From Squalus acanthias (taxonomy: Eukaryota), in the NCBI GenBank assembly GCA_030390025.1, contig CM059432.1, positions 29,700,001 to 29,764,000 on the forward strand: a DNA stretch of 64,000 nt. The letters run 5' to 3'. The translations under genes were made by a program, and so were the position numbers. Shown one piece after another: positions 1 to 13,771 of the stretch. The first letter of the stretch is position 1. Every line of letters starts with the position of its first letter. Under the pieces are notes generated by a model. The model saw only the letters and a program-made list of their open reading frames with translations. It was not told the origin of the DNA and searched no databases.

Positions 1-402
1 CTCAGACGCAAGAACGCCAGCACCAAGCCAAGGCTGACAGCTCAATCTATTAGAATATATCTATTACAAAACATGGATTATTTAAATGGAATAGATTTTT
101 CTTTGTGTAGTTCAGTGCCTATTTTTATATTTGTGGCCATGCAGGAGCAGGAGATGAGCAGAAGACATCAGTCCAAAATATTGAGAATTTAGTTGTACAT
201 AACAATATGTGAACTAAATGGTACAATTTTAAAGGGAGTTCCAAAACAGAGAGACCTGTTTTCTTTTCATTTATTCATACACGGGAAGGCCAACATTTAT
301 TGCCCATCTCTAATTGCCCTTGAGAAGGTGGTAGTGAGTAGCCTTCTTGAACTGCCAGTCGTGTGGTGAAGGTACTCTCACAGTGCTGTTAGGTAGGAAG
401 TT

Positions 403-881
403 GGTTACCGCCGCCGCTAACCTCCCGCTGAATTTCGCAGGAGGCGTCGGCGGCACCGCGCCCGGGCACTAGTTACCTTGCGTCCCGTTAGCACCTTGTT
501 AGGGCGCCGCCGGCGATGACGTCATCGCCATGCGCAGCACCCCGCTCGCTGCCTACTTGAGTACTGGGCTCTTTTGCCGGCACACCGATCCCTGGTGGCC
601 CAGCTGGGCCTCGGGTCGTGCTGCGCAAGGCCCCTCCCCTTTAAGAAGGGGAGGAAGGCCTGCAGTACTGCAGCGCGACGTGCCACAGCGCGTAGCGCCA
701 CGATATTCCCTCGCAGCGCCCCAAGAGGGAGGCGGGGCGCATCCAGTAGCGCCCCGTTTCCCTCTTGGGGTGCTACCAATGAATTTTGGCCGCGGGGGGT
801 GCTAATCTTTTTTGGGGGCACTAAAGGTAGCGCCCCGGCAAAGTTAGCGCCCCAAAGGGGGCGCGACTCAATTATTCCCCC
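403..881. mobile_element. GC/CpG-rich non-autonomous DNA-transposon fragment (Harbinger-like), left end truncated
   Basis: CpG-rich block interrupting LINE 3' sequence; ends AATTATTCCCCC, resembling the GGGGGTGAAATT-type termini of other elements in the window. Confidence 0.5.
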
Positions 882-2332
882 TAAATGTTTAAGGTGGTGG
901 ATGGGGCACCATTCAAGCAGATTGCTTTATCCTGGATGCTGTCAAGCTTCTTGAGTGTTGTTGGAGGTGTACTCATCCAGGCAAGTGGAGAGTTTTTATT
1001 TATTCGTTCATGGGATGTGGGCGTCGCTGGCAAGGCCAGCATTTATTGCTCATCCCTAATTGCCCTTGAGGAGGTGCTGGTGAGCCGCCATCTTGAACCG
1101 TTGCTGTACGTGTGGTGAAGGTACTCCCACAGTGCTGTCAGGGAGGAAGTTCCAGGAATTTGGCACAGCGACGATGAAGGAAAAGCGATATATTTCCAAG
1201 TCAGGAAGGTGTGTAACTTGGAGAGGAACTTGGAGGTGGTGGTTTTTCCCATGCGCCTGCTGCCCTTGTCCTTCTAGGTGGAAGAGGTCACAGGTTTGGG
1301 AGGTGCTGCCGAAGAAGCCTTGACAAGCTGCTGCAGTGCATCTTGTAGATGGTACATACTGCAGCCACGGTGCGCTGGTGGTGGAGGGAGTGAATGTTTA
1401 AAGTGGTGGATGAGGTGCCAATCAAGCAGCTGCTTTGTCCTGGATGGTGTCGAGCTTCTTGAGTGTTATTGGAGCTGCAAGTGGAGGTGAGAGTGACTGC
1501 CCTTGACATCAAGGTATGACTCCAGCCAGTGGAGAGTTTTCTCCTTGAATCCCACTGACTTCAATTTTACTAGGACTCCTTGATGCCACACTCAGTCAAA
1601 TGCTGCCTTGATGTCAAGGGCAGTCACTCTCATCTCACCTCTGGAATTCAGCTCTTTTTGTCCATGTTTGGACCAAGGCTGTAATGAGGTCTGGAAATGA
1701 GTGGTCCTGGTGGTACCCAAACTGAGCATCAGTGAGCAGGTTATTGGTGAGTAAGTGCCACTGATAGCACTATCGATGACTCCTTCCATCATATTGCTGA
1801 TGATTGAGAGTATACAGATGGGGCGGTAATTGGCCAGATTGGATTTGTCCTGCTTTTTGTGGTCAAGACATACCTGGGCAATCTTCTACTTTGTCGGGTA
1901 GATGCCAGTGTTGTAGCTGTACTGGAACAGCTTGGCTCGAGATGCAGCTAGCTCTGGAGCACAGGTCTTCAGCACGACAGCTGGGATGTTGTCGGGGCCT
2001 ATAGCCTTTGCTGTATCCAGTGCGCTCAGCCATTTCTTGATATCATGTGGAGTGAATCGAAATGGCTGAAGACTGGCTTCTGTGATGGTGGGGACCTCAG
2101 AAGGAGGCAGAGATGAATAATCCCCTTGGCACTTCTGGCTGAAGATGGTTGCAAATGCTTCAGCCTTGTCTTTTGCACTCACTTGCTGTGCTCTGCTATC
2201 ATTGAGGATGGGAATGTTCATGGAGCCTCCACCTCCCGTTAGTTTTTTAATTGTCCACCACCATTCACGACTGGATGTGGCAGGACTGCAGAGCTTTGAT
2301 CTGATCCGTTGGTTGTGGGATCGCTTAACTCT
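882..2332 (-). mobile_element. Nested fragments of a non-LTR retrotransposon (CR1/Jockey-group LINE): RT region and 3' ends
   Basis: ORF 1886-2221 (KAEAFATIF...KAIGPDNIPAVVLKTCAPEL) and ORF 1592-1792 (ALDIKAAFD, RT motif); the same 3' tail recurs near 270, 1000, 5600, 14150, 30280, 53510 and 55120. Confidence 0.85.
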
Positions 2333-2532
2333 GGTTAAATAGTTAAATTATGAAGACAGGTTGCATAAAGTTGGATTGTATACCCTTGAATATAGAATAT
2401 TGAGGGGTGATCTGATTGAGGTGTTTAAAATATTAAAGGGATTCAATAGGGTAGATACAGAGAAACTATTTCCTCTGGTGGGGGAATCAAATACACGGAG
2501 ACATAGTCATGCAATTAGAGTTAGGCCATTTC

Positions 2533-5500
2533 ATAGAATCATAGAATGATACAGCACAGATGGAGGCTATTTGGCCCATCGTGCCTGTTCTGGCTCTTTG
2601 AAAGAGCTATCCAATTAGTCCCACTCGCCGGCTCTTTCGCCATAGCCCTGCAAATTTACCCCTTCAAATCCAATTCCCTTTTGAAAGTTATTATTGAATC
2701 TGCTTCCACCACCCTTTCAGGCAGTGCATTCCAGATCATAACAACTCACTATGTAAAAAATATTTCCTCATATCACCTCTGGGTCTTTTGCCCATCACCT
2801 TAAATCTGTGTCCTCTGGTTAGCAACTACTCTCCCACTGGAAACAGTGGCCACGAAATTAAATGTTATAGCGCTGGCAGTTAAGGCCAATTTTGTTGAAA
2901 AAATGGCGGGCGCCTCACTTCCACCAGCTTCCGCCACGGACATGGTGGCCAACCACTTTGGAGAGGTCAGCAGTGATGCCGTTGCCTGCGCTTGCCGCCC
3001 ACTTGTAAATTATGCAGATCGTTACGTCAATCGGCACCTGAATTGACGCACAACTGCTATTTTGAGGGCCGCCGCTCTCCGTACAGCCCTCTGCTAACCG
3101 TGCACGGAAGAACAAGCGTGCAGCAGTTGTACAGAGACGCTGTCAGCACTTCTTAAAGGGACACACACATCTTCCAGGTATGTTTTGATTTCAGCTTTTG
3201 CATTATTGTGGTTTATTTATACTTTATTGGAGTGGTGGCTTGGTGCAATACATTTAAAAAGTTGTTAAAGTGTGCAGGAAGTGCAGGGAGTGCTGCTCTA
3301 CACTTGCAAGGCTTTGGATGTTAAAGGAAGGCCTCTGAGAAGACCACTTGCTCCCAGTCCTGGGGCTCTAATTGCAGTCCCCCTTGGGCTGCAACATCAC
3401 ATGGAGATGAAGCAGAGGCAGCAAAGGGGACAAGCTGCTTGCAGTGGGAAGAGGAAGAAGCAGAAGAGGACAACGCAGAAAAGGAAGAAGTAGAAGAGGA
3501 TGAAGCGGAAGGAAGGAGGCAACCCAGACAGTCCCTTTCTGACCAGGATATCTGGGATCGAATCATCCATCTGTGGTACCAGTGACCACAATCCCAATTC
3601 CCCTTTCAACATTTGTCCCACACCTTACCTTCCCTCTGTCACTGACCATCACAGCGTCCTCTTGGCCACAATGCTTAAATAAAAGCCACCACAAAGCAAA
3701 CTTTCCAATCCAACTTTATACATCTATCCATCCAATGTGACATCAAGAAATCAACTAATCACCCTTATGCATTCCCTTAGTGACAGTCTTATGTGTGCCT
3801 TCGCCTATCCTAGTGATGTCATGCAGTGCTACCCCAGTGGCTGCAGCATGGCTGGTGGAAGGCTGCTGACTTTCAGTGGGGGACACTGCAGACGGCCTTG
3901 CAGGACGGCCTCGAGGAGCTGGTGGCTGGGAGTGTGAATTCTTCTTCCTCTTCTACTTCTTCTTTTTCTTTTTCTTCTTCTTCTTCTTCTTCGTCGTCAA
4001 CCACTGGCTGGGCAGGCTGGATTTCTTGGGTGTCTGAATTAAGGAAGGCACAAGGGTAGGTTTGTGGTGAGGGGAGGGCAGGAAAGCAAGAGGAGCACGC
4101 TGACACCCTGTGCAGCGTGTACATCAGCAGATATTGTGGGGTGAGGTGGAAGTGGGAAGAGAGAAGAGGATAACGTATTAGGATACCGGCATCTTGTATT
4201 CTTTCAGCCCTGCCACTGGCCAAGGCTCAGCTATGCCCCTGCCAAGAATGGCCAGCACCATCTCCTCCAAGGGGGTGAGGTGAAGCTAGGAATATGAGAT
4301 GTGCATCATGTTTGGTAGAGATTGTTGGTAGGTGAGTGATTGGGGGTGCAGGGTATCATGCATTGAGCAGTGTGTGAGGCTAGTGGTGCACTTGGTAGGA
4401 GACGGCTTTGAAGATGCATTCACTGACCTTGACCATTCGTCTGATTTCATGAAACTTCTTTGGACACTGGAGCCAGGTCCTAGGGGCGACACAGCTGGCA
4501 CTGGTCCCACATCCTTCTTTCTGGAGGGTCTCCTGGCCCCCTGTGGGAAGAGGACCACAGTGTTGACCACCTGCACAAAGCTGGAGTACTGTGTGCGAGA
4601 CCCTGGGTGCCTTTTCCCTGGCATGTTGAGCCATTTGTGTTAGTGCTGAAGCACCTTTACCATTTTTTACATGCAGAAGGCAGTTCAGCTTCAGGAGCTG
4701 AAGACTGCCTAGTTTGGAATGATTTTTAATGTTTTTTTTGCAGAAAACCTTTAAGGGCTCGAGACTACTTTCAAATGTGAAAGCCTTGCTTTAAGAGAAT
4801 GCAGAGTCGCTACAGCAACGCGACTTTGGGCCTCCTGCTGAGCACACAGCTTGAAGCAGCGTCTTTGTCGTTGGGCTGTGCGCTAAAATCATTCAAATTA
4901 GCAGGCAGCAAAAAATAACGTGCTGCTTGTGCTTTCTAAATGGGCGTGAGCAAATCTCGCCCCGCAGTGCCACTGCCCATTTTTGGGCCTTATCGAATTT
5001 CACCCCCAGTAGCTCCTTATTTACTCAAAACCCTTCATGATTTTGAACACCTCTATCTAATCTCCTTAACCATCTTTGCTCTAAGGAGAACAACGCCAGT
5101 TTCTCTAGTCTCTCCACATAACTGAAGACTTTCATCTCTGGTACCATTCTAGCAAATTTCCTCTGCACGCTCGTTAAGGCCTTGACATCCTTCCTAAAGT
5201 TTGGTGCCCAGAATTGGCCATAATACTCCGGCTGAGGCCTAACCAGTGTTTTATAAATGTTTAGCATATGTCCTTGCTTTTGTACTCTATGCCTCTATTT
5301 ATAAAGTCAAGGACCCGTATGGTTTTTAACAGCCGTCTCAACTTGTCCTGCCACCTTCAAAGACTTGTGTACATACACCAAACCTGCGACCTCTACCACC
5401 TAGAAGTACAAGGGCAGTAGATGCATGGGAACACCACCACCTCCAAGTTCCCCTCCAAGTCACACAACATCCTGCTTGGAAATATATCGGCGTTCCTTCA

Positions 5501-7175
5501 TCATCACTGGCTCAAAATCCTGGAACTTCCTACCTACAGCACTGTGGGAGTACCTTAATCACACAACTGCAGCAGTTCAAGAAGTCGGCTCAGTACCACC
5601 TTCTCAAGAACAATTAGGGATGGGCAATAAATGTTGGCCTTACCAGCGACGCCCACGTCCTGTGAATGAATAAGTGTAAAAGAAACAGGTCTCTCTGTTC
5701 CTGCACCCCCTTTAAAATTGTACCATTTAGTTTATATTGCCTCTCCTCATTCTTCCTACCAAAATGAATTACTTCATACTTCTCTGCGTTAAATTTCATT
5801 TGCCATGTGTATACCCATTTCACCAGTCTGTCTATGCCCTCCTGGAGTCTGGTACTATCTTTCTTACTGTTTACTATATTTCTGAGTTTCGTGTCATTTG
5901 CAAACTTTGAAATTATGCCTTGTATACCCAAGTCTAAATCATTAATATATATCAAAAATAGCAATCCAATTTATCTACTACCTCCTCCTTTACTGTGACA
6001 TTAGCAGCATCCTCTTCTTTAGTGAAGACGGATGTGTACTTAGTACCTCAGCTATGCCCTCTGCCTCCAAAAGATCTCCTTTTTGGTCCCTAATCGGTCC
6101 CACCATTCCTTTGACTACTCTTTTACTATTTATATGTTTATAAAAGACTTTTGGGTTCCCTTTTATGTTACTCATTAATCTATTTTCATATACTCTCTTT
6201 GCCCCTCTTATTTCCTTTTTCAGTTCTCCCCTGTACATTTTATATTCAGCATTATGAACCTAACATTTATCATAAGCCTCCTTTTTCTGTTTAATTTTAA
6301 TCTCTATATCTTTAATCATTCAGAGAGCTTTGGGTGCCCTTCCTTTCCCCCTCACGGGAATGTATCTAGTCTGTATCCAAACTATCTCCTCTTTGAAGGC
6401 CTCCAATTGCTTATTTACTGTTTTACCCGCCAATCTTTGATTCCAATCCACCTGGGCCAGATTCCTTTTCAACTCACTGAAATTACACCAGTTGAGTAGT
6501 TTCACATTTGGTTTTTTTCCTTGTCCTTTTCCATAACTACTCTAAACCTAATGATATTGTGATCACTGTTGCCCAAATACTCCCCTACTGAAACATGCTC
6601 TACTTGCCCAACTTCATTCCCGAGAACTAGATCTAGCACTGCTTCCTTCCTTGTTGGGCTAGAAACATATTGATCAAGAAAGTTCTTTTGTACACATTTC
6701 AGGAATTCCTCCCCCTGTTTGCCCTTTACACTGTTACTATCCCAGTCTATATTAGGATAATTGAAGACCCCCATTATCACTTCTCTAAAGTTCTTGTATT
6801 TTTCCTGCAAATTTGCTCCTTTATATTCTGCTCACTATTTGGTGGTCTATAGTATACACCCAGCAGCATAATTGCACCTCAATTGTTCCTTAATTCTAAC
6901 TAAATAGATTCTGTCTTTGAACCCTCAAGCACATCATCCCTTTCTAGCACTGTAACAGAATCCATGATCAATACTGGCTCCTCCCTGCTTCCCCCTCTTT
7001 TGTTCCTTCCCTATCTTGTAGCCAGGTCTCATGTATCATAATCCCACGTGGTTACTTGTGCCTGCAGCTCACCAGCCTTAGTTACCACGCTCCGTGCATT
7101 TACTCCAAACCCATCTTACTCTGCTTTGCATTTCCCCCGTCTGATCCCTCCTATTTCTGAACTACTCTTTATTCC
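2533..7175 (-). mobile_element. CR1 LINE, fragmented; interrupted by Harbinger element A and another LINE tail
   Basis: ORFs 5025-5267, 5614-5964 (FLIYINDL, KFANDTK), 5990-6238 and 6502-6810 (endonuclease: LDLVL, LGNSDHNII); CATAGAAT-type tail at 2533. Confidence 0.9.
2848..5007. mobile_element. Harbinger-type non-autonomous element A (Myb remnant on - strand, transposase N-terminal stub on + strand)
   Basis: Termini GGCCACGAAATT / AATTTCACCCCC; 3-bp TSD AGT at 2845-2847 and 5008-5010; CR1 sequence rejoins across it; ends match element D; Myb-like RTWLQCPKKFHEI in ORF 4380-4634. Confidence 0.85.
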
Positions 7176-7179
7176 AATA

Positions 7180-7460
7180 GGAGGGAAATCGGGAAGCAGT
7201 TTTTCACACAAAGGGTAGTCGAAAACTGGAATTTTCAAACAAAGGGTAGTAGAAAACTGGAATTCTCTCCTCAAAATGCTGTGGATGCTGAGACAATTGG
7301 AGCTTTCAAGACTGAACTCGATAAATTTTTGTTAAGGGTATCAAGGGATATGGAGCTAAGGCGGGTAAATGAGTTGAGGCACAGATCAGACATGATCTAA
7401 TTGAATGACGGAGCAGGCTCGAGGGGCTGAATGGCCTACTCCTGTTCTTATGTTCCTATG
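7180..7460 (+). mobile_element. CR1 LINE 3' end
   Basis: ...GGGCTGAATGGCCTACTCCTGTTCTTATGTTCCTATG tail. Confidence 0.8.
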
Positions 7461-7822
7461 TTTTCTGTCACTCCCAGTTTCCTGGTTTCTTTCTCTCTCA
7501 GTTTACTACAAAGTAGTTCCCCAAGCCGAAAGCACTTCACAGGCATGTCACAAGTGACAAACTAATTTGCTCTTGGCAGTCTATCACACACATCTAATTC
7601 CTCCTGACACCATTCAGCTGCTGACTGCACTAACTGTCAAAGCCAATTAGCCAGTGAGTAAGCATCACAAACAGTTTATGGGTGCGAAAATCAGCCTTCA
7701 ATTCAAAAGCAAGTGAGATATAAAAAAACCACTTAACTCTTTTGATTCCAACACCAAATCACAAGATCGTTTACAGATGAGGGAGGCAATTTGGCCCATC
7801 TGAGCTCATCTATCCTGAATGA

Positions 7823-8340
7823 GTCAGCAATGGCTCAGTGGATAGCACTCTTGCCTCTGAGTCAGAAGGTTGGGGTTCAAGATTCCCACTCCATAAGACT
7901 TGAGCACAAAATCTAGGCTGACATTCCAGTGCAGTACTGAGGGAGTGCTGCACTGTTGGTAGATGCTGACTTTCAGATGAGACAGTAAACTGAGGCCCTG
8001 TCTGCTGTCTCAGGTGGACATAAAAGATCCCTTGGCACTATTTGAAGAAGAGCAGGGGAGTTATCTCCAGTGTCCTGGCCAATATTTATCCCTCAATCAA
8101 CATTATTAAAAAAAAACACATTACCTAGTCATTATCACATTGCTGTTTGTGGGATCTTGCAGTGCGCAAATTGGCTGCCGGATTTCCGACATTCTTTCTT
8201 TTAGAATGACCCTAAAGTCCCTCGATTGCTACATTGTAACAATAGCTGCACTTCAAAAGTACTTCATAGGTTGGAAAGCACTTTGGGTCGTCATGAGATC
8301 AAGAAAGGCGCCATATAAATGCAAGTCTTTTTTTTCTTTC
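7823..8340 (+). mobile_element. tRNA-derived Deu-domain SINE (SacSINE1-like)
   Basis: A box TGGCTCAGTGG, B box GGTTCAAG; body shared with copies at 21486, 31685 and 56334; L2-like tail ATATAAATGCAAGT. Confidence 0.8.
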
Positions 8341-8589
8341 AAAAGGTCTCAATACAGGAATACAGGTGCCACTTGTGACATCTTGGACCTAAGATTTAAG
8401 GCTGAAGCTGTCCTGAAAGGGCTATCATAGGCAAACAAGAGAAGCATGAAATTATGTATGGCGGTTGCTTTGCACAGATCCCAAATAATAGATCATTCAT
8501 TAGCAATGTCGAGTAATTTAGGCGACATCTAGCACCTTGGTGTTGAAAAATGTATTTGATCTCTGCAAGTTTTTGCAGAGAGTCTTTTA

Positions 8590-9175
8590 AATAATGAACA
8601 TAGGTACCAGAAGGCAGTAGAAAGGTAGGAGACAGAGACTAGCGATGAAGGGAGCATTCTCTGATTGGCGGAATGTGACAAGTGGTGAGCTATACTGGGA
8701 CCTCAGCTTTTCATCATATATATTAATGACTTGGATAAAAGAATAGAGAGTTGTATATGCAAGTTTGCAGATGACACTAAGTTAGGAGCCACAGTAAATT
8801 GTGTCGATGGAAGCAGAAAGTTACAAAGGGACATAGACAGATTAAGTAAGTGGACAAAACTGTGGCAGATGGAGTTCAATGTGGGGAAGTGTGAGGTCAT
8901 CCATTTTGGATCAAGAAAGACAAGTCAGAATAGTTTCTTAACAGTAAGAGAGTAGAAACAAAGGGATTTGGGTGTCTATGTGCACAAATCACTAAAAGCT
9001 AGTATACAGGTACAAAAAGCAATCAAAAAGGCTAATGAAATGCTGGCCTTTACCTCAAGGGGGGGTTGGAAAACAAAAGTGAGGAAGTGATGTGTCAGCT
9101 GTACAGAGCCTTGGTCAGACTCCATCTCAAGTACTGCGTTCAGTTTTGGGTTCCGCACCTCAGGAAAGATATGTT
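8590..9175 (+). mobile_element. CR1 LINE RT fragment (continues at 13772-13910 after Harbinger E)
   Basis: ORF 8731-8955 CKFADDTKLG...WQMEFNVGKC and ORF 9066 YCVQFWVPHLRKD. Confidence 0.9.
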
Positions 9176-12100
9176 GGCCCAGAAAGTCGGCCGCGCAGCG
9201 TCCATTTTTCGAACATTAATCGGCCTCCTAACATTTCAATATGGCGGGCAGGAAGCTGAGCATATTTCCAGTGGGAAGTGCGCTGCCTGCCGTGTTGGGA
9301 AAGGTGGATGCCTTGGCAGCAGGAGCGCACGATCCGAGTATATAAATGGAAGAATATTTTATTTAAATTAGGGGGCTGGGCTTCTTGCAGGACCCGTTTT
9401 GGTCTGCCCCAGCGCATGTGCTGAACTCGCACAGCAGCATGTGGCACTAACCGTCAGGAAGGACCCCTTACCATCGCTGTTTAAAGGGATCACGCAGTAT
9501 TTACAGGTTAGTTGGTGGTTTGTGCTGGTTAACTTCTGGATGTTTTTTGGTGTGTTTTATCACTCTGAAAAGTTTATTTCGTCTAAACAGAGCATGATTT
9601 TGCTGGTGGGTTGCACTGTTGTTGTCTGTCTCAGAGATAGTTTGACTGCAGTCATGGGTGATCTCATAGGGCTGCCGTCGGGTCTGGAGAATGAGGGAAA
9701 GTGGCAAGGGAGACACCAGGGAGAAGAAGAAGCGTTGGTGGTACCTCGCCAGTGCTTTGAGGTGCCTGCTGTACATGGTCCATGTCTCTGAGGCATACAG
9801 CAGGGCGGGTATCACTGCTGCTCTGTAGACCATGAGTTTAGTGCCGGGTTTGAGGTCCTGGTCTTCAAACACTCTCTTCCTCAGGCAACCGAAGGCTGCA
9901 CTGGCACACTGAAGACGGTGTTGGACTTTGTCATCGACGTCTGCCCTTGTTGACAGTAGGCTCCCGAGGTATGGAAAGTGGTCCACATTGTCCAAGGTCT
10001 TGTCGTGGATTTTGATAATCGGGGGGCAGTACTGTGTGGCGGGGGCAGGTTGGTAGAGGACCTTTGTCTTACGGATGTTTAGTGTAAGGCCCATGCTCTC
10101 GTAAGCTTTGGTGAAGCTGTTGATGATGGTTTGGAGTTCGACCTCCGAGTGTGCGCAGACACAAGCGTCGTCTGCATACTGTAATTCGACGACAGAGGAT
10201 GGGACAACCTTGGATCTGGACTGGAGGCGGCAGAGGTTGAACAGTTTCCTGTTTGTTCTGTAAATTAGCTCCACTCCAGCGGGGAGCTTACTGAGGGTGA
10301 GATGGAGCATTGCAGCAAGGAAGATCGAAAATAGTGTTGGTGCGATGACACAGCCTTGCTTGACCCCAGTCCGTACGTGAATTGGGTCTGTGGTGGAACC
10401 GTTGGTCAGGATCACAGCTTGCATGTTGTCGTGAAACAGGCGGAGGATGGTGACAAAATTTTGAGGGCACTCCATAATCCTTCATGGTTGACAGTGCCGA
10501 AGACCTTTGTGAGGTCAAAGAAGGCCATGTACAGCGGTTGGTGCTGTTCCCTGCATTTCTCTTGTAATTGACGCATGGTGAAGATCATGTCCATTGTGCC
10601 CCTTAGTGGGCGGAATCTGCATTGCGACTCTGGTAGGAGCTCTTCAGCCACTGGGAGAAGGCGATTGAGGAGGATTCTTGCGATGACTTTCCCTGTGGCA
10701 GACAGCAGGGAAACTCCTCTGTAATTACCGCAATCGGACTTGTCACCTTTCTTGAAGATGGTCACAATTACGACGTCTCTGAGATCCCCTGGCATGCTCT
10801 CCTCCTTCCAGATAAGAGAAATGAGTTCATGAATTCGTGCCAGTAGTGCTTCTCCACCATGCTTTAGTGCCTCGGCAGCGATTCCATCTGCTCCTGAGGC
10901 GTGGTTGTTCTTCAGTTGTCGGATGGCCTTTTCAACCTCTTGCTGGGCTGGGATTGTGCTTAGGTGGTGGCGGGTAGCCTGCTGCGGGATGGAGTTGAGG
11001 ACACTCGCGTCGAAGACAGAGTCTCGGTTAAGGAGATCTTCGAAGTGCTCCTTCCAGCGGGCACTGACTGCCTCTCTGTCCTTGATGAGTACCTCTCCGT
11101 TCTTGGCCCGCAGTGGGATAGGACCTTGGGTGCTTGGGCTGTAGATGGTCTTGACTGCGCTAAAGAATCCATGCACGTCGTGGTTCTCGGCTAGCTGCTG
11201 GATCTCCTGCGCTTTCTCCACCCACCATCTGTTCTTTAGGTCGCGAGTTTTTTGTTGAACCTCGGCCTTCAGGCGTCTGTAGAGCTGCTTTCTTGCTCTC
11301 GAGTTCTGTTGCTGTTTCCAGATCAGGAATGCCTTGCGCTTGCGGCTTATTAGCTCCTGGTCATTCTCGTCGAACCAGTCTTGGTATTTCCTGGTCGAGT
11401 GACCGAGCGTCTCTTCACAGGTGCTGATTATGGAGGCCTTGAGTGCAGACCAGGCGCTGTGGACACTCTGTGTCTCTACATCACTGGGAGTCGTCAGGTT
11501 GTTTGTGAGGCGCAGGCTGAATAGGGCTTTCTTAGTGGGGTCTTTGAGTGCTCCATCGTTGATTTTCCTGCGGCATTATTTCTGTTGTCACCGCTGTTTT
11601 GGGGCTACATTGATGGAGATGACAGAGCGGATTAGGCGGTGGTCTGTCCAGCAGTCGTCAGCTCCTGTCATGGCGCGGGTGATGCGGACGTCCTTGCGGT
11701 CCCTCGCTCGGACGATGACGTAGTCCAGCAGATGCCAGTGCTTGGAGCGAGGGTGCTGCCATGAAACCTTGTACTTGTCTCTCTGATGGAACAAGGTGTT
11801 GGTTATGACAAGGCCCTGTTATAAGCATTTCGTCAGGAGGAGGGTACCGTTGGAGTTGGCTTTCCCTACCCCCTCTCTACCGATCACACCTCCCCAGAGG
11901 TCTGTGTCCTTTCCAACTCTGGCGTTAAAGTCGTCAAGGAAGATCAGCTTGTTGCCAGTCTGGCTCAGCTGACTGTGTGGTACTAGCAAGGACACTGATG
12001 GCTGCCTCTCCCATGGGACTGCGCCTCAGCACTCCAACGTCTCTGCGTGATATCAGAATGCAGGAGGGATGTGATGGTCTGGAAGCCCATGTCAACACTG

Positions 12101-13771
12101 GCTCCCCTGAGCCAAAATGGCAGCCATCTGAGCTTCCACAGCATCTATGAGAGCTGTTAGGAGAGGCTCCACGGGGTGTACCACTGTGGTATTAATGGGT
12201 TGATCACTCAGTCCATGTTGGACAGAATAGTCTCCATGTTCCGCACGAAGCTTTGAGACAAGCTGGAGCTGGACTCCTCCCTGCTCTGCAACATTGTGCG
12301 CTAGCTCTCTGGCAGGCTACGCAGTGCACTTAGCATTTTCTGGTGTATGCCCATCAGGGCTCATTGGTAGCCTGGGCCCTCATGTCAGCGTCTAAGTGTT
12401 CTGCCACTGAACTAGTATGTGATCTCTCCTTTCAGCGAGCTGGCACCTGTGGCATCCTGTCCCCCTGCCCTAGCTCCTGCGCACTTGTGCCCGATGAGTA
12501 GACACTTCCTCTAACCTAGCTGCTAAAGTCCATGTGGTGCCAGTATTTGAGCTAGTGCTTGCAAGAGTCATCGAGTGCCGGTGCATCTTCAGGAAGGCTG
12601 GTCTCCTCTTCCTCAATTGGCAGGGGGGCTTCCAAACATTTAGCAGCTGAAATGAAAGAGAGGGAGAGGGGTTAACTTGTGCTGTGAAAGGAGAGAAGAG
12701 AGCGAGAAGTGGGTGGTTAAAGCATGTGCAGCTTGTCACGCAGCGTGTGTGGAGTGGGGTAGAAGTCAGAAGAGAAAAAGAGAATGAAGTGTGAAGAAAC
12801 CCTGCATGACATCTCCTCCAATGTTGCCAGTCGCCATGGCTGCGACTCTCACCCCCCAACCCCCCCCCCCCCACCCCCCGCCCATGATGGCCAGCACACT
12901 TCCTTCGAAAGGGGACAAGGTGTGCAGTTGGGCCCTTCCTCCTCCAGTGCCAGCCTGCTGTCTGGAATTGTGTGCAACCTTCTCCTGCAAGAAAAAAGGG
13001 AGTGTGTTCGTGCGGTGTTTGGAAATGTACCTGTCTTGTGTCGTGTTTGCAAATGTACCTGGCATGGTCGGAGAACTGGTAGTCAGTGTATCAGATGTGA
13101 GTTGTGGGTGTCAGGGTTTTAATAGTGGTGAGTGTGTGAGTGTAAGGAGAAGTAGGTGCAATGAAGTGTGGTGCTGTGATTGTAGGACATTGAAGGGAAG
13201 CAGGGGAGGGGAGTCTTGTGAATAGTGAGGCTGTAGGTGGTGGAGATGTGAGCAGAGAATAAGAGAGCACTATTCTAACTCTGACAACTCTAGTGATGTC
13301 ATTGAACTTTTTCCAGCATTGCAGCCATTTCCTGGGTGCTAGGCTGTTGGCATTGACATGCTCTGTGATCTCTTCCCATTGCTGGAGTTGATGCCAAGAG
13401 GGCTTCCAGCCTACTGAGGAGATAGGAAGGGGGAAGAGGATACCCCCCTCCTGTCCACTGCCTGCAGCATGGCCTCCAAGGTAGCGTCAAAGAGCCTTGG
13501 TGCTTCCTCAGCACTTGTTACAGCCATTTCATTATTGTTTAGAGTTTCCTTCATTCTGCAGCCAAAGTGCACTTCCTCTTTAAGAGGTGCTGACTGCCTT
13601 TAAATGGCATCAGAGACACCCAATAGCCAGATCCCCTAATAGGTGTGCAACCAATGAGTAGCAAGGGTAGCTATCATATTGCCTGCTACCTGAGTCAACA
13701 CTAACAAGTGCGTGTAATGTGCAGCCCGCCCCCGGTGCACTCGTTTCCGGGCACGATCGGCTTTCTAGGCC
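9176..13771. mobile_element. Harbinger-type element E with internal RTE insertion
   Basis: TIRs GGCCCAGAAAGTCGGCCG / revcomp GGCCTAGAAAGCCGATCG; flanks GTT / ATT; CR1 rejoins across it; Myb-gene exons on - strand (about 13527-13280, and EKVAHNSRQQAGTGGG near 12988). Confidence 0.8.
9732..11957 (-). mobile_element. RTE (BovB-like) LINE, truncated at both ends, frameshifted
   Basis: ORF 11588-11794 (endonuclease: LLDYVIV, WTDHRL), ORF 10412-11221 (KKGDKSDCGNYRGVSLL) and ORF 9501-10475 (GVKQGCVIAPTLF, LQYADD). Confidence 0.95.
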
